Virus record (IMG/VR): IMGVR_UViG_3300015181_000003
Coordinates: 1-43,728 of that record
DNA length: 43,728 nt
From: a virus
Taxonomy: Duplodnaviria; Heunggongvirae; Uroviricota; Caudoviricetes
Strand: one strand, 5' to 3'
Shown: piece by piece, positions 1 to 8,502 of the stretch
Numbering within the stretch: position 1 is the first letter of the stretch
Layout: every line of letters starts with the position of its first letter
The notes under the pieces: model-generated
Told to the model about the DNA's origin: nothing
Databases searched by the model: none
Seen by the model: only the letters and a program-made list of their open reading frames with translations
Program-made: the position numbers and the translations under genes

Positions 1-341
1 AATTTGTTAAACGCTTCCTTAGAGAAAGGCTCGTCGTCAAAGCTCCAGCCGTTTACGACTTCTGCCGCAAGTTGCCGGTTGAGGTCTTCCGCCAGTTCGT
101 TAACCGCCAGGTTATATTCAGTATAGTCACCAGATTCTTTGGCGGCTTTTTCCAGTTCTTCAAAACGCGCCAACCCGCGACGGTACGCAATAATGAAAGC
201 ACGCCCCGCTTTAACGGCGACATCCGCATCGGGACTTACAACGTTAAGCCACTCACCGGAGTCTTCGCCGTTTGGCAGCAGAATAGGCATCTTCTTGCCT
301 ACCAGTGCTTTCTCTTCGAAATAAAAATCAGAAAGTTTCAT
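1..341 (-). CDS. tail assembly chaperone (gpG-like), 5' portion; gene crosses the window junction
   Basis: Minus-strand ORF from ATG at 341..339 (AAGGA 7 nt upstream) runs off the window start. Because 1..141 repeats 43588..43728, it continues to a TAG at 43509..43511 (420 nt, 139 aa, in frame). Sits immediately upstream of the tape measure gene. Confidence 0.5.
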   Translation of the reverse strand, partial: MKLSDFYFEEKALVGKKMPILLPNGEDSGEWLNVVSPDADVAVKAGRAFIIAYRRGLARFEELEKAAKESGDYTEYNLAVNELAEDLNRQLAAEVVNGWSFDDEPFSKEAFNK

Positions 342-449
342 TCTTTAATCCTTTGGTTAAGAGGTTACAGGTTAATGGTAAATGCGCCAGACGGGAACCA
401 CCCGCTTTTCGTGTGCGACACTAGGCGCAAAATTATTCTATCACATTAC

Positions 450-481
450 TTGCACACCCCAATATAATAGGGTACTATTCA
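450..481 (+). promoter_or_regulatory. conserved promoter/operator element (TTGCAC-N7-TATAAT-AGGGTACTATTCA) driving the 510..2097 module
   Basis: Perfect TATAAT at 463..468 about 40 nt upstream of ATG 510. Near-identical copies lie upstream of minus-strand operons at 22094..22125 and 20629..20660. Contains inverted repeat TAATAG-N4-CTATTC overlapping the -10. Confidence 0.45.
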
Positions 482-509
482 CTTACACCAACAATGAAGG
501 GGGTTTAAA

Positions 510-701
510 ATGTCCAGTTTACCAGTTTCCTTAATTCTGTTTGCACTGCTCGCTTATTTCGCGCCTTTCCTGGTCGCGTACTTCCGTAACCATAAAGCGA
601 AGTTAGCGATATTCATGGCTAATCTGTTTCTTGGTTGGATTCTGCTGCCGTGGGTCTTTATTTTAATCTGGGCGTGCAACTCGAATGTCAAAGAGAAGTG
701 A
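510..701 (+). CDS. small membrane protein, superinfection-immunity (Imm)-like
   Basis: 63 aa, two hydrophobic helices, motif NLFLGWILLPWVFILIWA resembling the Imm family signature (recalled, not searched). Strong SD GAAGGGGG before ATG 510. Confidence 0.55.
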   Translation: MSSLPVSLILFALLAYFAPFLVAYFRNHKAKLAIFMANLFLGWILLPWVFILIWACNSNVKEK

Positions 702-739
702 GCTAGTATAGGACAAATCCTAAACACGAGGAAGTAAGC

Positions 740-1870
740 ATGGCCCAGAAGAAAATAACCGACGAGCAGTTACAGGAAGAATTGAACGCCGGAACAAAGA
801 TTATCGACATATCCCGTAAATACGGCATCTCAGACCGCGTTATTCGTATCCGTAAAGCGAAGCTGGCGAAGAAAGGCGTAGGTCATGGTCGTGATGTTAG
901 TCACCTTGTGCCAGACGGCTACAAGATTAAAGGAACGTCATCACTGGTGGACGAGTTCGGCAACACTAAGCTGCAATGGGTTAAGACCGACACCGATGCG
1001 GAACGTCAGGTCGAGTTAATGAAGGCCATAATCGAGGGCATGAAGTCGGAGATTACCCCCGTTGCTCCTGTTAAAGCCGTTCGCGCCAAACGGGACGACA
1101 AGCTACTCAACCTTTACACTGTGTCTGATTTCCATCTCGGTATGCTGGCCTGGGCCGACGAGAGTGGCGACGACTGGGATATGAAGATTGCAGAAGACCT
1201 GTTCTCCCGTTGGTTCGATGCGGCATTCCAGAAAGCACCGGATGCGGGGACTGGGGTTATTAACCTGCTGGGCGACTTCGCGCACTTCGATAGTCTGGTT
1301 GCCGTTACACCTGCAAGCGGTCACGCCCTTGACGCTGACACCCGTTACCAGAAACTTGTCCGCTACATGATTCGCATGCTCCGCCGTGTTGTCGATATGG
1401 CGCTGGTTAAGCATAAAAATGTTCGCTTGCTTATCGTGCAAGGGAATCACGACGAAAGTGGCATGATTTGGTTGGCTGAGATGTTCAGTACGCTGTATGA
1501 CAATGAGCCGCGTGTGTTCGTCGATACGTCACCGGATGTTTACAAGATGGTGCAACACGGCAAAACGACGCTGTTCTTCCATCACGGGCATAAAGCACGA
1601 TTCGACGCTATTGAACCTGTTATGATTGCCAAGTTCCGTAAAGCGTTCGGCGAGAGTGTTTACAGCTACGCCCACGTAGGCCATCTGCACCACCAGAAGA
1701 TTGTAGAAAGCCGTAACATGATTGTTGAGCAACACCGCACCTTAGCGGCTAAAGACGCCTACGCCTCTCGCGGCGGATGGATGTCAGGCCGTAGTGCGAA
1801 TGTAATTACTTATAGCGCCGAATATGGCGAGGTAGCACGTTTAACTATTTCACCGGAGATGCTTGGATGA
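740..1870 (+). CDS. HTH-domain protein fused to calcineurin-like metallophosphoesterase (Mre11/SbcD-like or phosphodiesterase-like)
   Basis: 376 aa. N-terminal HTH-like segment (KIIDISRKYGISDRVIRIRKAKL). Metallophosphoesterase motifs in order: SDFHLG (DxH), GDFAHFD, GNHDE, HHGH, GHLHH. SD GAGGAAG before ATG 740. Confidence 0.7.
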   Translation: MAQKKITDEQLQEELNAGTKIIDISRKYGISDRVIRIRKAKLAKKGVGHGRDVSHLVPDGYKIKGTSSLVDEFGNTKLQWVKTDTDAERQVELMKAIIEGMKSEITPVAPVKAVRAKRDDKLLNLYTVSDFHLGMLAWADESGDDWDMKIAEDLFSRWFDAAFQKAPDAGTGVINLLGDFAHFDSLVAVTPASGHALDADTRYQKLVRYMIRMLRRVVDMALVKHKNVRLLIVQGNHDESGMIWLAEMFSTLYDNEPRVFVDTSPDVYKMVQHGKTTLFFHHGHKARFDAIEPVMIAKFRKAFGESVYSYAHVGHLHHQKIVESRNMIVEQHRTLAAKDAYASRGGWMSGRSANVITYSAEYGEVARLTISPEMLG

Positions 1871-2097
1871 CTTCAAAATACAACCGCACAATGACAAACA
1901 CTCACGGCAGCACTATGGCAGTAGACGTTTATGACGTGCTACGCGCTTTCGACATCCGCGACCCTGCGTTGCAACACGCATTGAAGAAGCTACTGTGCAT
2001 GGGCCTTCGCGGGCACAAAGACACCGGAACCGACTTAGCGGAAGCAATTGAAAGTCTGGAGAAGTTACGGGAGTACCGGAGTAATATTGATGAGTGA
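1867..2097 (+). CDS. hypothetical protein (76 aa), coupled to upstream gene
   Basis: ATG overlaps the stop of 740..1870 (ATGA); followed directly by a terminator hairpin. Confidence 0.45.
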   Translation: MTSKYNRTMTNTHGSTMAVDVYDVLRAFDIRDPALQHALKKLLCMGLRGHKDTGTDLAEAIESLEKLREYRSNIDE

Positions 2098-2100
2098 GAA

Positions 2101-2124
2101 AAAGGCCCCTTTCGGGGCCTTAGT
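2101..2124. terminator. rho-independent terminator hairpin (bidirectional)
   Basis: Stem AGGCCCC / GGGGCCT with loop TTTC, T-rich on both sides; lies between convergent genes ending at 2097 (+) and 2126 (-). Confidence 0.6.
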
Positions 2125-2125
2125 T

Positions 2126-2758
2126 TTATCGTTGCGACTTAATTACAGAAACGACTCTTGGATATATCCTCCCGTCTACGGAATCCATAAGCGGCTTAAG
2201 TTCTTCTGCTATTTCCAATTTCCGCAACGTTCTGGCCTTGATGGCTTCGTCCAAGTCAATAAAATCGCCTAAGTTTTCTCGCACCCCGGTTATGGGGTTA
2301 TTAACACGGCATCGTATCTTGCCGTTTGTTCTTCTATAAGTAAGGCCTATTGGTAGGTTTCCTCTGGCCGCTGCGCTGTCGGTCAGGAAGTTGTTTAAAA
2401 CTCTTGGGACGAAGATGCACGTCTCTGGCGAGTATTCTTTGGCGTCTGTAAGCAAATCCTTGTCTACATGCCAACCATCTACGTAATTATCTTTATACCA
2501 TTTAAAGTAGTTGGAGAAATACAGCCAGTCTTCGCATACTACCACACCCGCGTATGTTGGGTGCTTAGTGGCCCCGTGGTAGCACCTGAATATCATCGCA
2601 TACCAAATATCGTACACTGGGTGGTTAACAGACTTTTTGCCGTTGAAAATACTAGTGGTAAAATCAGCGTCGTTGATGCCGACGCCACAGATTGTTTTAC
2701 GGCATGATACCGCCCGTTTTGATGCAGGTATCTTTTCAAATTCTTCATACAGAAACAT
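2126..2758 (-). CDS. HNH-family homing endonuclease-like protein with C-terminal AP2 domain (free-standing)
   Basis: 210 aa. N-terminal motif YDIWYAMIFRC...YAGVVVCEDW...GWHVDKDLL...CIFVP typical of phage HNH endonucleases; C-terminal GLTYRRTNGKIRCRVNNPITGVRENLGDFIDLDEAIKA resembles an AP2 domain. Flanked by terminators on both sides. Confidence 0.55.
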   Translation of the reverse strand: MFLYEEFEKIPASKRAVSCRKTICGVGINDADFTTSIFNGKKSVNHPVYDIWYAMIFRCYHGATKHPTYAGVVVCEDWLYFSNYFKWYKDNYVDGWHVDKDLLTDAKEYSPETCIFVPRVLNNFLTDSAAARGNLPIGLTYRRTNGKIRCRVNNPITGVRENLGDFIDLDEAIKARTLRKLEIAEELKPLMDSVDGRIYPRVVSVIKSQR

Positions 2759-2797
2759 TATTCACCTCGTCAGGCTCGTGTATTTATCAGATAAAGG

Positions 2798-2826
2798 AAA
2801 GAGAGGGCACGACCCCTCTCTTTTTC
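2798..2826. terminator. rho-independent terminator (bidirectional)
   Basis: Stem GAGAGGG / CCCTCTC with loop CACGAC followed by TTTTT; lies just downstream of the major tail protein gene end. Confidence 0.6.
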
Positions 2827-2865
2827 GCCCGCTAAAGCTATCCTTTACACTTCTTATACCACAAG

Positions 2866-4032
2866 TTATGCGTAACTAATACGTTGAATTACGATAGACG
2901 ACTGATATTGGTTGCCCGTGGACTGCCCTTCTATACTTTGGGTAATTGATTCCGGGCCAGATATTTCTGGTGTAACCGCCGTAAGCTCGGCACGTTTCAG
3001 GCTGAAAGACATAGCCCCGTTTACCCCCGCCAGAATAGAGTTAATCTCCACCTGCTGCTCGTTGATAAACTTCTGAATCATAGCCATGTCGTACAGCTTG
3101 CCGGAGATGGAGAATGTGTTAGCTGCGCGGCCACGTTCCACGAACGCCACGCTACTGTTGCCGAGTTCGAACTGCGCGGAAGCACCGTTGTCGTTGGTGA
3201 TGGTCAGAGTATCGCAACGTAACGGCGTAGAACCGTCGAACACGGACACATCTACGGATGAGAACGGCTCGTCAGTGAATGTGACCTGAGAGAAGTCGGA
3301 ACCCGCTGGCGGGCCGGAAAGAATCTCCTGACTCAGACCGATGAACGGGAAGCTGCCAGTTACCATCGCGTTTACGGCCTGCTCGATGGTGAAACCGGAG
3401 ATTTCTACTCCTTTGGTCAACATGTACGCGTCGGGGTTCCCGCACTGTCCTTTGAACCATGTCAGGATGGAGAACGTCTTACATGCGTTACCGGTTTCCA
3501 ATTTATCGCCTGTTTTAGCGTCGGTGGTTACAGTCTCTGCTGTCAGCGTGTGCTGGATACCCGCACCCGTAACTACAAGAGCAGAAACCTCAGTCACGAT
3601 AAACGGTTTTGCGTTGTCGCCGGTTAAGTCGGTGAACGCAATCAGGTCGCCAACTTCTACACCGTCAGTAATGAAGCTACCGGCAGCGCGGGTGAATGTT
3701 TTACCTGCTGGAGCGACCGTAATTTCAGCACCCGTAATCTCTACCCCATCCTGCCACGTAGAAGTCATAGCACCCGCAAGGAAATCATCCTGGCTACGTG
3801 AGCTAAGTTCGATGGCGTACTCCCCGCTGACCTGTTTGTTACCGGTGCGGATGGATGTGGTTTCTCTGCTGCCGTCGAGTTCGTTGGAAGTCAGCGCATC
3901 ACGGGTTACCGCGGGAACACCGCCCGTATTGCGCAACGGCGACCATACCGGGTTACTTGGTGTTACGCCCGGGGTAACTTCCGCCACATAGAATTGCGCG
4001 GTATTCGCGCCCTTAAAAGGAGTTGTAGCCAT
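2866..4032 (-). CDS. major tail protein (putative)
   Basis: About 388 aa. Positioned after neck/tail-completion genes and before the chaperone and tape measure genes. Track start 4038 is GTG; the ATG at 4032 follows a GAGG SD. Confidence 0.5.
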   Translation of the reverse strand: MATTPFKGANTAQFYVAEVTPGVTPSNPVWSPLRNTGGVPAVTRDALTSNELDGSRETTSIRTGNKQVSGEYAIELSSRSQDDFLAGAMTSTWQDGVEITGAEITVAPAGKTFTRAAGSFITDGVEVGDLIAFTDLTGDNAKPFIVTEVSALVVTGAGIQHTLTAETVTTDAKTGDKLETGNACKTFSILTWFKGQCGNPDAYMLTKGVEISGFTIEQAVNAMVTGSFPFIGLSQEILSGPPAGSDFSQVTFTDEPFSSVDVSVFDGSTPLRCDTLTITNDNGASAQFELGNSSVAFVERGRAANTFSISGKLYDMAMIQKFINEQQVEINSILAGVNGAMSFSLKRAELTAVTPEISGPESITQSIEGQSTGNQYQSSIVIQRISYA

Positions 4033-4034
4033 AT

Positions 4035-4493
4035 TCACAGCCTCTTGGTGAATGCAATAAAGTTAATTGACAATGGTCTTTTGGCCCATCCGTTTTCTAC
4101 AATCAGCGGCCCCAGGCTAACCGATTGAACCTCGGCGCAGATGTCGTTACGTGAAAATGACTTACCTGCTTTAAACGCCGTGTTAAGTAAGTCTGCCATT
4201 TTATTGACTGGCGCGCTACCTTTCACCGATGCGTAGTTAATGTCTACCTGATAGATGCCAGAGCGTTGTTCCGTGAAGAACAAATCCGCCTGTTCCGTAT
4301 CAGCGAGTAGCATGTAACTCGCCAGATACGGCGTATCTGTTGACGTCGGCGCGTCGATGTTTTCAAGCACAACCTTGATGCCGTTGGCGGTTCCGAATGT
4401 TACCAGCGGCACGTCAAACGCTTTTGTTAAGTCCTCAAAGTAGCCCATCATAGACCCCACATTTAGCTTCTTCCGAGGTAAGACGGCGGTCAT
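4035..4493 (-). CDS. tail terminator/completion-like protein
   Basis: ORF immediately upstream of the major tail protein gene with overlapping stop/start; the real start may be the ATG pair near 4451. Confidence 0.4.
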   Translation of the reverse strand: MTAVLPRKKLNVGSMMGYFEDLTKAFDVPLVTFGTANGIKVVLENIDAPTSTDTPYLASYMLLADTEQADLFFTEQRSGIYQVDINYASVKGSAPVNKMADLLNTAFKAGKSFSRNDICAEVQSVSLGPLIVENGWAKRPLSINFIAFTKRL

Positions 4494-4632
4494 AAGCTAC
4501 CACAGCGCGCGCCTTCGTAGCCTGGGTCCGGGACTTTCCAAAATTAAGATGAAGCATGACGAAATCGTACCTACTTCCGGCTAGCCAATGGCATGCTCGT
4601 ATGTAATATTGACGACGTGACTTATCCATCAT
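4435..4632 (-). CDS. small hypothetical protein (65 aa)
   Basis: ATG overlaps the stop of the upstream gene (ATGA) with AAGGTG SD, suggesting translational coupling; composition is atypical, so uncertain. Confidence 0.3.
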   Translation of the reverse strand: MMDKSRRQYYIRACHWLAGSRYDFVMLHLNFGKSRTQATKARAVVAYDRRLTSEEAKCGVYDGLL

Positions 4633-5024
4633 TTCACCTTGTTGGCTTCTTCGTTAATGAGTTGCTGGAAGCGGGACACGTTAGTCCTGACAACACCGGC
4701 GGGGGCCTGTTGCGACCAGCCATACTCCAGCCGTTGTGCATACGGCAGATTATTTGTCAGCGTGAACTCGTGCCAGTCTGTAGCTTTCAGAACGAAACTC
4801 GTAGCGTTTCCGATAGCTATGTTTCCTGATTTATCCGTAGCGCCCGTAATCCCGGAAGCAGGAGTACCACTAGACGCCATCCAGTTCATACGAAAGCGAC
4901 CAGTATCTACAGGGCTCGCCTTTATGATAGCGGAAAACAGTTTGATAGACACCTGACGCATCACCTTCTCAGGGTTCTTTTTCGCCTTTTCTACGAACTT
5001 AGAGACATCAAGCGCGAAACTCAT
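4629..5024 (-). CDS. HK97 gp10-like neck/tail component
   Basis: 131 aa with PVDTGRFRMNW motif reminiscent of the HK97 gp10 family; located in the neck gene block. Confidence 0.45.
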   Translation of the reverse strand: MSFALDVSKFVEKAKKNPEKVMRQVSIKLFSAIIKASPVDTGRFRMNWMASSGTPASGITGATDKSGNIAIGNATSFVLKATDWHEFTLTNNLPYAQRLEYGWSQQAPAGVVRTNVSRFQQLINEEANKVK

Positions 5025-5380
5025 TTTCTCACCTGAATAAAATACGCCACAACATCATCGTTAACCATCTTCTTCTCAATGGCTACGACAGACCATTGCT
5101 CGCCGCCGAATTGTACCTTGTCTTCCATCTTCAGAACGACACTGCAATCCGCTTTAACAATCATGTCACCGGCCTGAATCGTCGTACCGTTTACCAGTCC
5201 TGCGTTTACCGGAACAGGAACAGCTTTCAACGGCAACACTTCATCCGCAGACCAGACGTACTCACCGAGGGCTTCATCCCACACTTTCGAGCCAGCGCGA
5301 ATCAGAGATACCGTGCTACCGAATTTGGTTAGCAGGCGTGTACCAACGCCTTGCATACGTTTACTGAAAGCGGTGCTCAT
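5021..5380 (-). CDS. head-tail joining (head closure)-like protein
   Basis: 119 aa from the internal ATG (track ORF extends to 5434 with a non-ATG start); stop/start overlap with neighbours; position between connector and tail completion genes. Confidence 0.4.
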   Translation of the reverse strand: MSTAFSKRMQGVGTRLLTKFGSTVSLIRAGSKVWDEALGEYVWSADEVLPLKAVPVPVNAGLVNGTTIQAGDMIVKADCSVVLKMEDKVQFGGEQWSVVAIEKKMVNDDVVAYFIQVRK

Positions 5381-5994
5381 CACGCGGCCTCCAGTCTCGA
5401 AATAACCAGTAATGCGGAAGGCGCAGTGCCCCATGCAGTTACGGTAGCCGCTTGCGGGTATACGCCTCCGAAGTTGCTTCCGGCGCTATCGCGCATAATC
5501 TGAACGGCGAACGTCTGGCCTGCTGTCGGGTTAATAACGACGCGAGACTCAATTGGGATTGTAATATCGGCGCTTACCAGTTTAGTAGCTGCGGGTGACC
5601 CGTACTGAGAACCGTTAAGAAGAATGCGCGATAAAAGGATTGATGTACCACTAGCACCCGTGCGCCCTGCCTGTAACTTGATGCGAACGGCGTAGTTACC
5701 CGCAGTGTTGAACGTAACAAGCCCTGCGGCATTAATCATTACCGGGTCAGATGCGCTTCCCTGAGCAGAGCCGAAAGTTAATTGCAATGCCGTATCTACT
5801 GCGGAAGGCGCTTGTGTTACGGTCGACGCGGCACGGAGAACTTCAACCTCTTTAACGCCCGGAGTAGCGTAAATAGGAGAGTCTGCCATCTGCGTCATTA
5901 CCTCGCGCAATGCGGCTGGGGTAATAAGTCCGGTGGTGTTATCGGGGAGGTTCGCACCGATAAGAGTAAACATCTCTGTTTTAGTCTTCGCCAT
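5380..5994 (-). CDS. virion structural protein, unknown function
   Basis: 204 aa, Ala/Thr/Gly-rich, inside the head-neck block. Confidence 0.4.
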   Translation of the reverse strand: MAKTKTEMFTLIGANLPDNTTGLITPAALREVMTQMADSPIYATPGVKEVEVLRAASTVTQAPSAVDTALQLTFGSAQGSASDPVMINAAGLVTFNTAGNYAVRIKLQAGRTGASGTSILLSRILLNGSQYGSPAATKLVSADITIPIESRVVINPTAGQTFAVQIMRDSAGSNFGGVYPQAATVTAWGTAPSALLVISRLEAA

Positions 5995-5996
5995 TT

Positions 5997-6509
5997 TTAG
6001 CCCCGGTACACGTTAAACGAGAAGCCATTGTTAAGACCGCCACACAGTAACGGGCGTAAGGCGTCGTCAGCAGCGGTAATCGCGGTTGTAGCTCCACTGC
6101 TGCCGTTGTTGAAGTACGTCACAGTCACCGCCCCCTCAACACGCTCGGTCTGCACGGAACGACCGTCCGAGTTGGCCCGCACTTCTGTACCCGCACCATA
6201 TGTAGCAGCGGCGATTACCTGCGCGAGAATTACCTGTTTCGGAATGACATTGTTAGCTACTGGGAAACCATTCAACGTTACCCCAGTGCGAGGGTAGGCA
6301 AGAGACTGTTCGGCGGATACGCGGCGGCCGCACATCTGCGGTTCTGCAAGCCCGACATAAGTAGCGCCGTTGCGCAAGGCTACTTCAGCCGCGGTATCGT
6401 CTTCCGGTAGATCAAGGCCATAATTAGCCGCTAACGTGCGGGCGTCAGCCAGACTAACGTAACTGTCAGCATTCGGGACGATTGCCCCCGTTTCCACGAT
6501 TAGCGGCAT
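5997..6509 (-). CDS. head-tail connector (gp6-like adaptor)
   Basis: 170 aa; N-terminal segment YVSLADARTLAANYGLDLPEDDTAAEVAL resembles phage head-tail connector proteins; GAGGAA SD. Confidence 0.5.
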   Translation of the reverse strand: MPLIVETGAIVPNADSYVSLADARTLAANYGLDLPEDDTAAEVALRNGATYVGLAEPQMCGRRVSAEQSLAYPRTGVTLNGFPVANNVIPKQVILAQVIAAATYGAGTEVRANSDGRSVQTERVEGAVTVTYFNNGSSGATTAITAADDALRPLLCGGLNNGFSFNVYRG

Positions 6510-6512
6510 AAA

Positions 6513-6692
6513 TTATTCCTCTGACTTACGGCGACGACGCTTAGTACCACCGCCGTTGTTGTGCGCTTCTTCGTTGTCTGGTTGAGTAGCGACCAGTTCA
6601 TCCGCTTCTACAACACCGCGGACAGGCATTACCTGGCCATCGACAATATCGACGTGGGTGTACTTTTCACGGATTACATAATTATCTGCCAT
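6513..6692 (-). CDS. small protein with basic C-terminal tail (59 aa)
   Basis: Not in the ORF track (under 60 aa). ATG with GGAAAGG SD; stop lies 4 nt before the next gene start; ends in GGGTKRRRRKSEE. Confidence 0.35.
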   Translation of the reverse strand: MADNYVIREKYTHVDIVDGQVMPVRGVVEADELVATQPDNEEAHNNGGGTKRRRRKSEE

Positions 6693-6728
6693 GACCTTTC
6701 CTTATTACGGCCCCGAAGGGCCGTTGTA

Positions 6729-7079
6729 TTAAGACACAGTTGCTACAGTGCTGCTGGAGATAATATTACCATACACATCGTGAACAACCACTTTATACGT
6801 GCCTGAATCTGCGGTAGTAGTGGACGCTTTAGCGTAGCTAGCCGCGGTAGCCCCCGCGATAGCGTTGTTATCCTTGTACCACTGGTAAGAATACGGTTCC
6901 AGACCACCAGTAACAACTACGGTCAGTGTCATAGTCTGCCCGGCGGTTACTGTCGTTGCGGCGTTCAGTGGGGTGGAAAAAGATGCTGGCGAGATGTTTG
7001 CCATATCGATTTCAACCTGACCATCGGCAGGAGAATCGTCAGAAACACCAGTAATACGACGTTTAATTACATCAACCAT
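6729..7079 (-). CDS. Ig-like domain protein (possible capsid decoration)
   Basis: 116 aa with YQWYKDN...DSGTYKVVVHD Ig-like signature; AAGGAG SD. Confidence 0.5.
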   Translation of the reverse strand: MVDVIKRRITGVSDDSPADGQVEIDMANISPASFSTPLNAATTVTAGQTMTLTVVVTGGLEPYSYQWYKDNNAIAGATAASYAKASTTTADSGTYKVVVHDVYGNIISSSTVATVS

Positions 7080-7091
7080 TTTTAAGCTCCT

Positions 7092-7391
7092 TTAGCTTAC
7101 AGTTCCTGCGTTTTTAAGCGCGGTTAACAGATTCGCTACCGTAGTGCGCAGCGCGGTAACATCGGTTCGGAGTTTATTGTACTCCGCTACAAGCGCATCA
7201 AACTCTGCCTTAGTCGGGTCTGCGGCGGCCTGAACTCCGGCAGCGGCAGTAATGGCCGCGGGAGCAGCTACAGTAGCTGACTTTTTAACCCCACCAACTA
7301 CGCTGGTAGTAGCAGGCGTCACTGGGATATCTAGGTCGCTAAAGTCAACGTTCTGAAGGCTGCGCGGTAAGCCTTTTCCGGTCTTAGCCAT
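7092..7391 (-). CDS. hypothetical structural protein (99 aa)
   Basis: ATG with AAGAGGT SD directly after the terminator that follows the capsid gene; Ala-rich with a coiled-coil-like C-terminus. Confidence 0.4.
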   Translation of the reverse strand: MAKTGKGLPRSLQNVDFSDLDIPVTPATTSVVGGVKKSATVAAPAAITAAAGVQAAADPTKAEFDALVAEYNKLRTDVTALRTTVANLLTALKNAGTVS

Positions 7392-7407
7392 AATTTACCT
7401 CTTAGTA

Positions 7408-7435
7408 AATGAAAAGAGGGACCGAAGTCCCTCTC
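7408..7435 (-). terminator. rho-independent terminator after major capsid gene
   Basis: Stem GAGGGAC / GTCCCTC with loop CGAA followed by a U-rich tract on the minus strand. Confidence 0.6.
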
Positions 7436-7450
7436 GATTATAGCTTAACC

Positions 7451-8500
7451 TTAAGCCCCGACACCAGTTACCAGGAAGGCAATCGGCACGTGCTTGCGGT
7501 CAACCACACGGTTCCAGTTGGAGGCGTTCGCCAGGTCCTGCCATGAAGCAGAGCGGGCGATAGTCTCAGTACCGTTACCGGTGATTACCGCGCTGGTGAA
7601 GCTGTAACCAAACGGATGCAGCAACCAGGTTTTACGGGTCCACAGGGTTTCAACTCCGCCGCCGTTGCCGCGAGACTCTTCACGCTCATAGGCCAGCGGA
7701 TTGGTTGGGTTACCTTCACCGTAGCCGATAGCACCGTTGCCAAAGATGATGGAGATGAACTTACGGTCGCCACCTGTACCGACTACGGTCATGCTGTCGT
7801 CGACAATCACACGGTAGCCCTGGTAGGTGGCGAACATGGTGTTGTTGTCGGCGTCGCGGATGAAGTCGATAAGCTGCTGCTTACGGGCCTGCGCATAAAC
7901 GAAGCTATGCATCGCGATAGCTCCCAACACTTCACCGCCGTTGCCCATCAGGGCATCACCCATAGTCTGAGTAGCGTCGATGAACGCACCTGAGTCGAAG
8001 CCCATAGTAGCGGACACGTCGATTACCATGTCATTCTGCTTGTGGTAGTCGTCGTCAGCGGTTACGTTGTCGTTGTACAGGCCGAGCGCAGTAGCAATCA
8101 GACGGCGTTGTGCCTGGCGCTGCCAGAAGTTATCCAGGCGAGAAGCCACAGATTGCAGCGGGTTCTGGCTGGTCAGTTCAACGGTCAAATCCGCCTGACC
8201 GAAACCTTCGTTCAGGTACGCAACGCGCGCCATCATCTCACCGGTCTGCACGTTACGCGGGGTAGCGACGTCCTGGTACACATCGTTCGAGTAGTTAGGC
8301 TCGATAGAAGTATCAATCGCTTTCCAGAACGGAATATTAGCGACGTTGGACGGGCCGCGGGCAATCTCGGCAGCGTATGGAGTCGGGGTAAGAATACCGG
8401 ACTGGAAGAACGCGGTTTTTTCTACCGGGTCTTCTGTCATGTAAGACGCCAGGACCGGGATGTTGCCAGTTACGATATCGCCGATAGTGGTAATTGCCAT
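7451..8500 (-). CDS. major capsid protein
   Basis: 349 aa ORF directly after the scaffold gene, followed by a terminator; GAGGAAA SD; size and position typical of an HK97-fold capsid protein. Confidence 0.75.
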   Translation of the reverse strand: MAITTIGDIVTGNIPVLASYMTEDPVEKTAFFQSGILTPTPYAAEIARGPSNVANIPFWKAIDTSIEPNYSNDVYQDVATPRNVQTGEMMARVAYLNEGFGQADLTVELTSQNPLQSVASRLDNFWQRQAQRRLIATALGLYNDNVTADDDYHKQNDMVIDVSATMGFDSGAFIDATQTMGDALMGNGGEVLGAIAMHSFVYAQARKQQLIDFIRDADNNTMFATYQGYRVIVDDSMTVVGTGGDRKFISIIFGNGAIGYGEGNPTNPLAYEREESRGNGGGVETLWTRKTWLLHPFGYSFTSAVITGNGTETIARSASWQDLANASNWNRVVDRKHVPIAFLVTGVGA

Positions 8501-8502
8501 TA

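Noticed and set aside
72-467. 131-aa plus-strand ORF (and 139..324)
   Set aside because: Antisense to the gpG-like chaperone gene that starts at 341; the sense frame has an SD, operon context and continuity across the junction.
3341-3991. 216-aa plus-strand ORF
   Set aside because: Antisense to the major tail protein gene; Ser/Thr/Val-rich low-complexity product.
6707-6724. Hairpin ACGGCCC-CGAA-GGGCCGT as a terminator
   Set aside because: On the transcribed (minus) strand it is followed by the SD and ATG of the next gene, not a U-tract; more likely an mRNA stability or translation-modulating hairpin.
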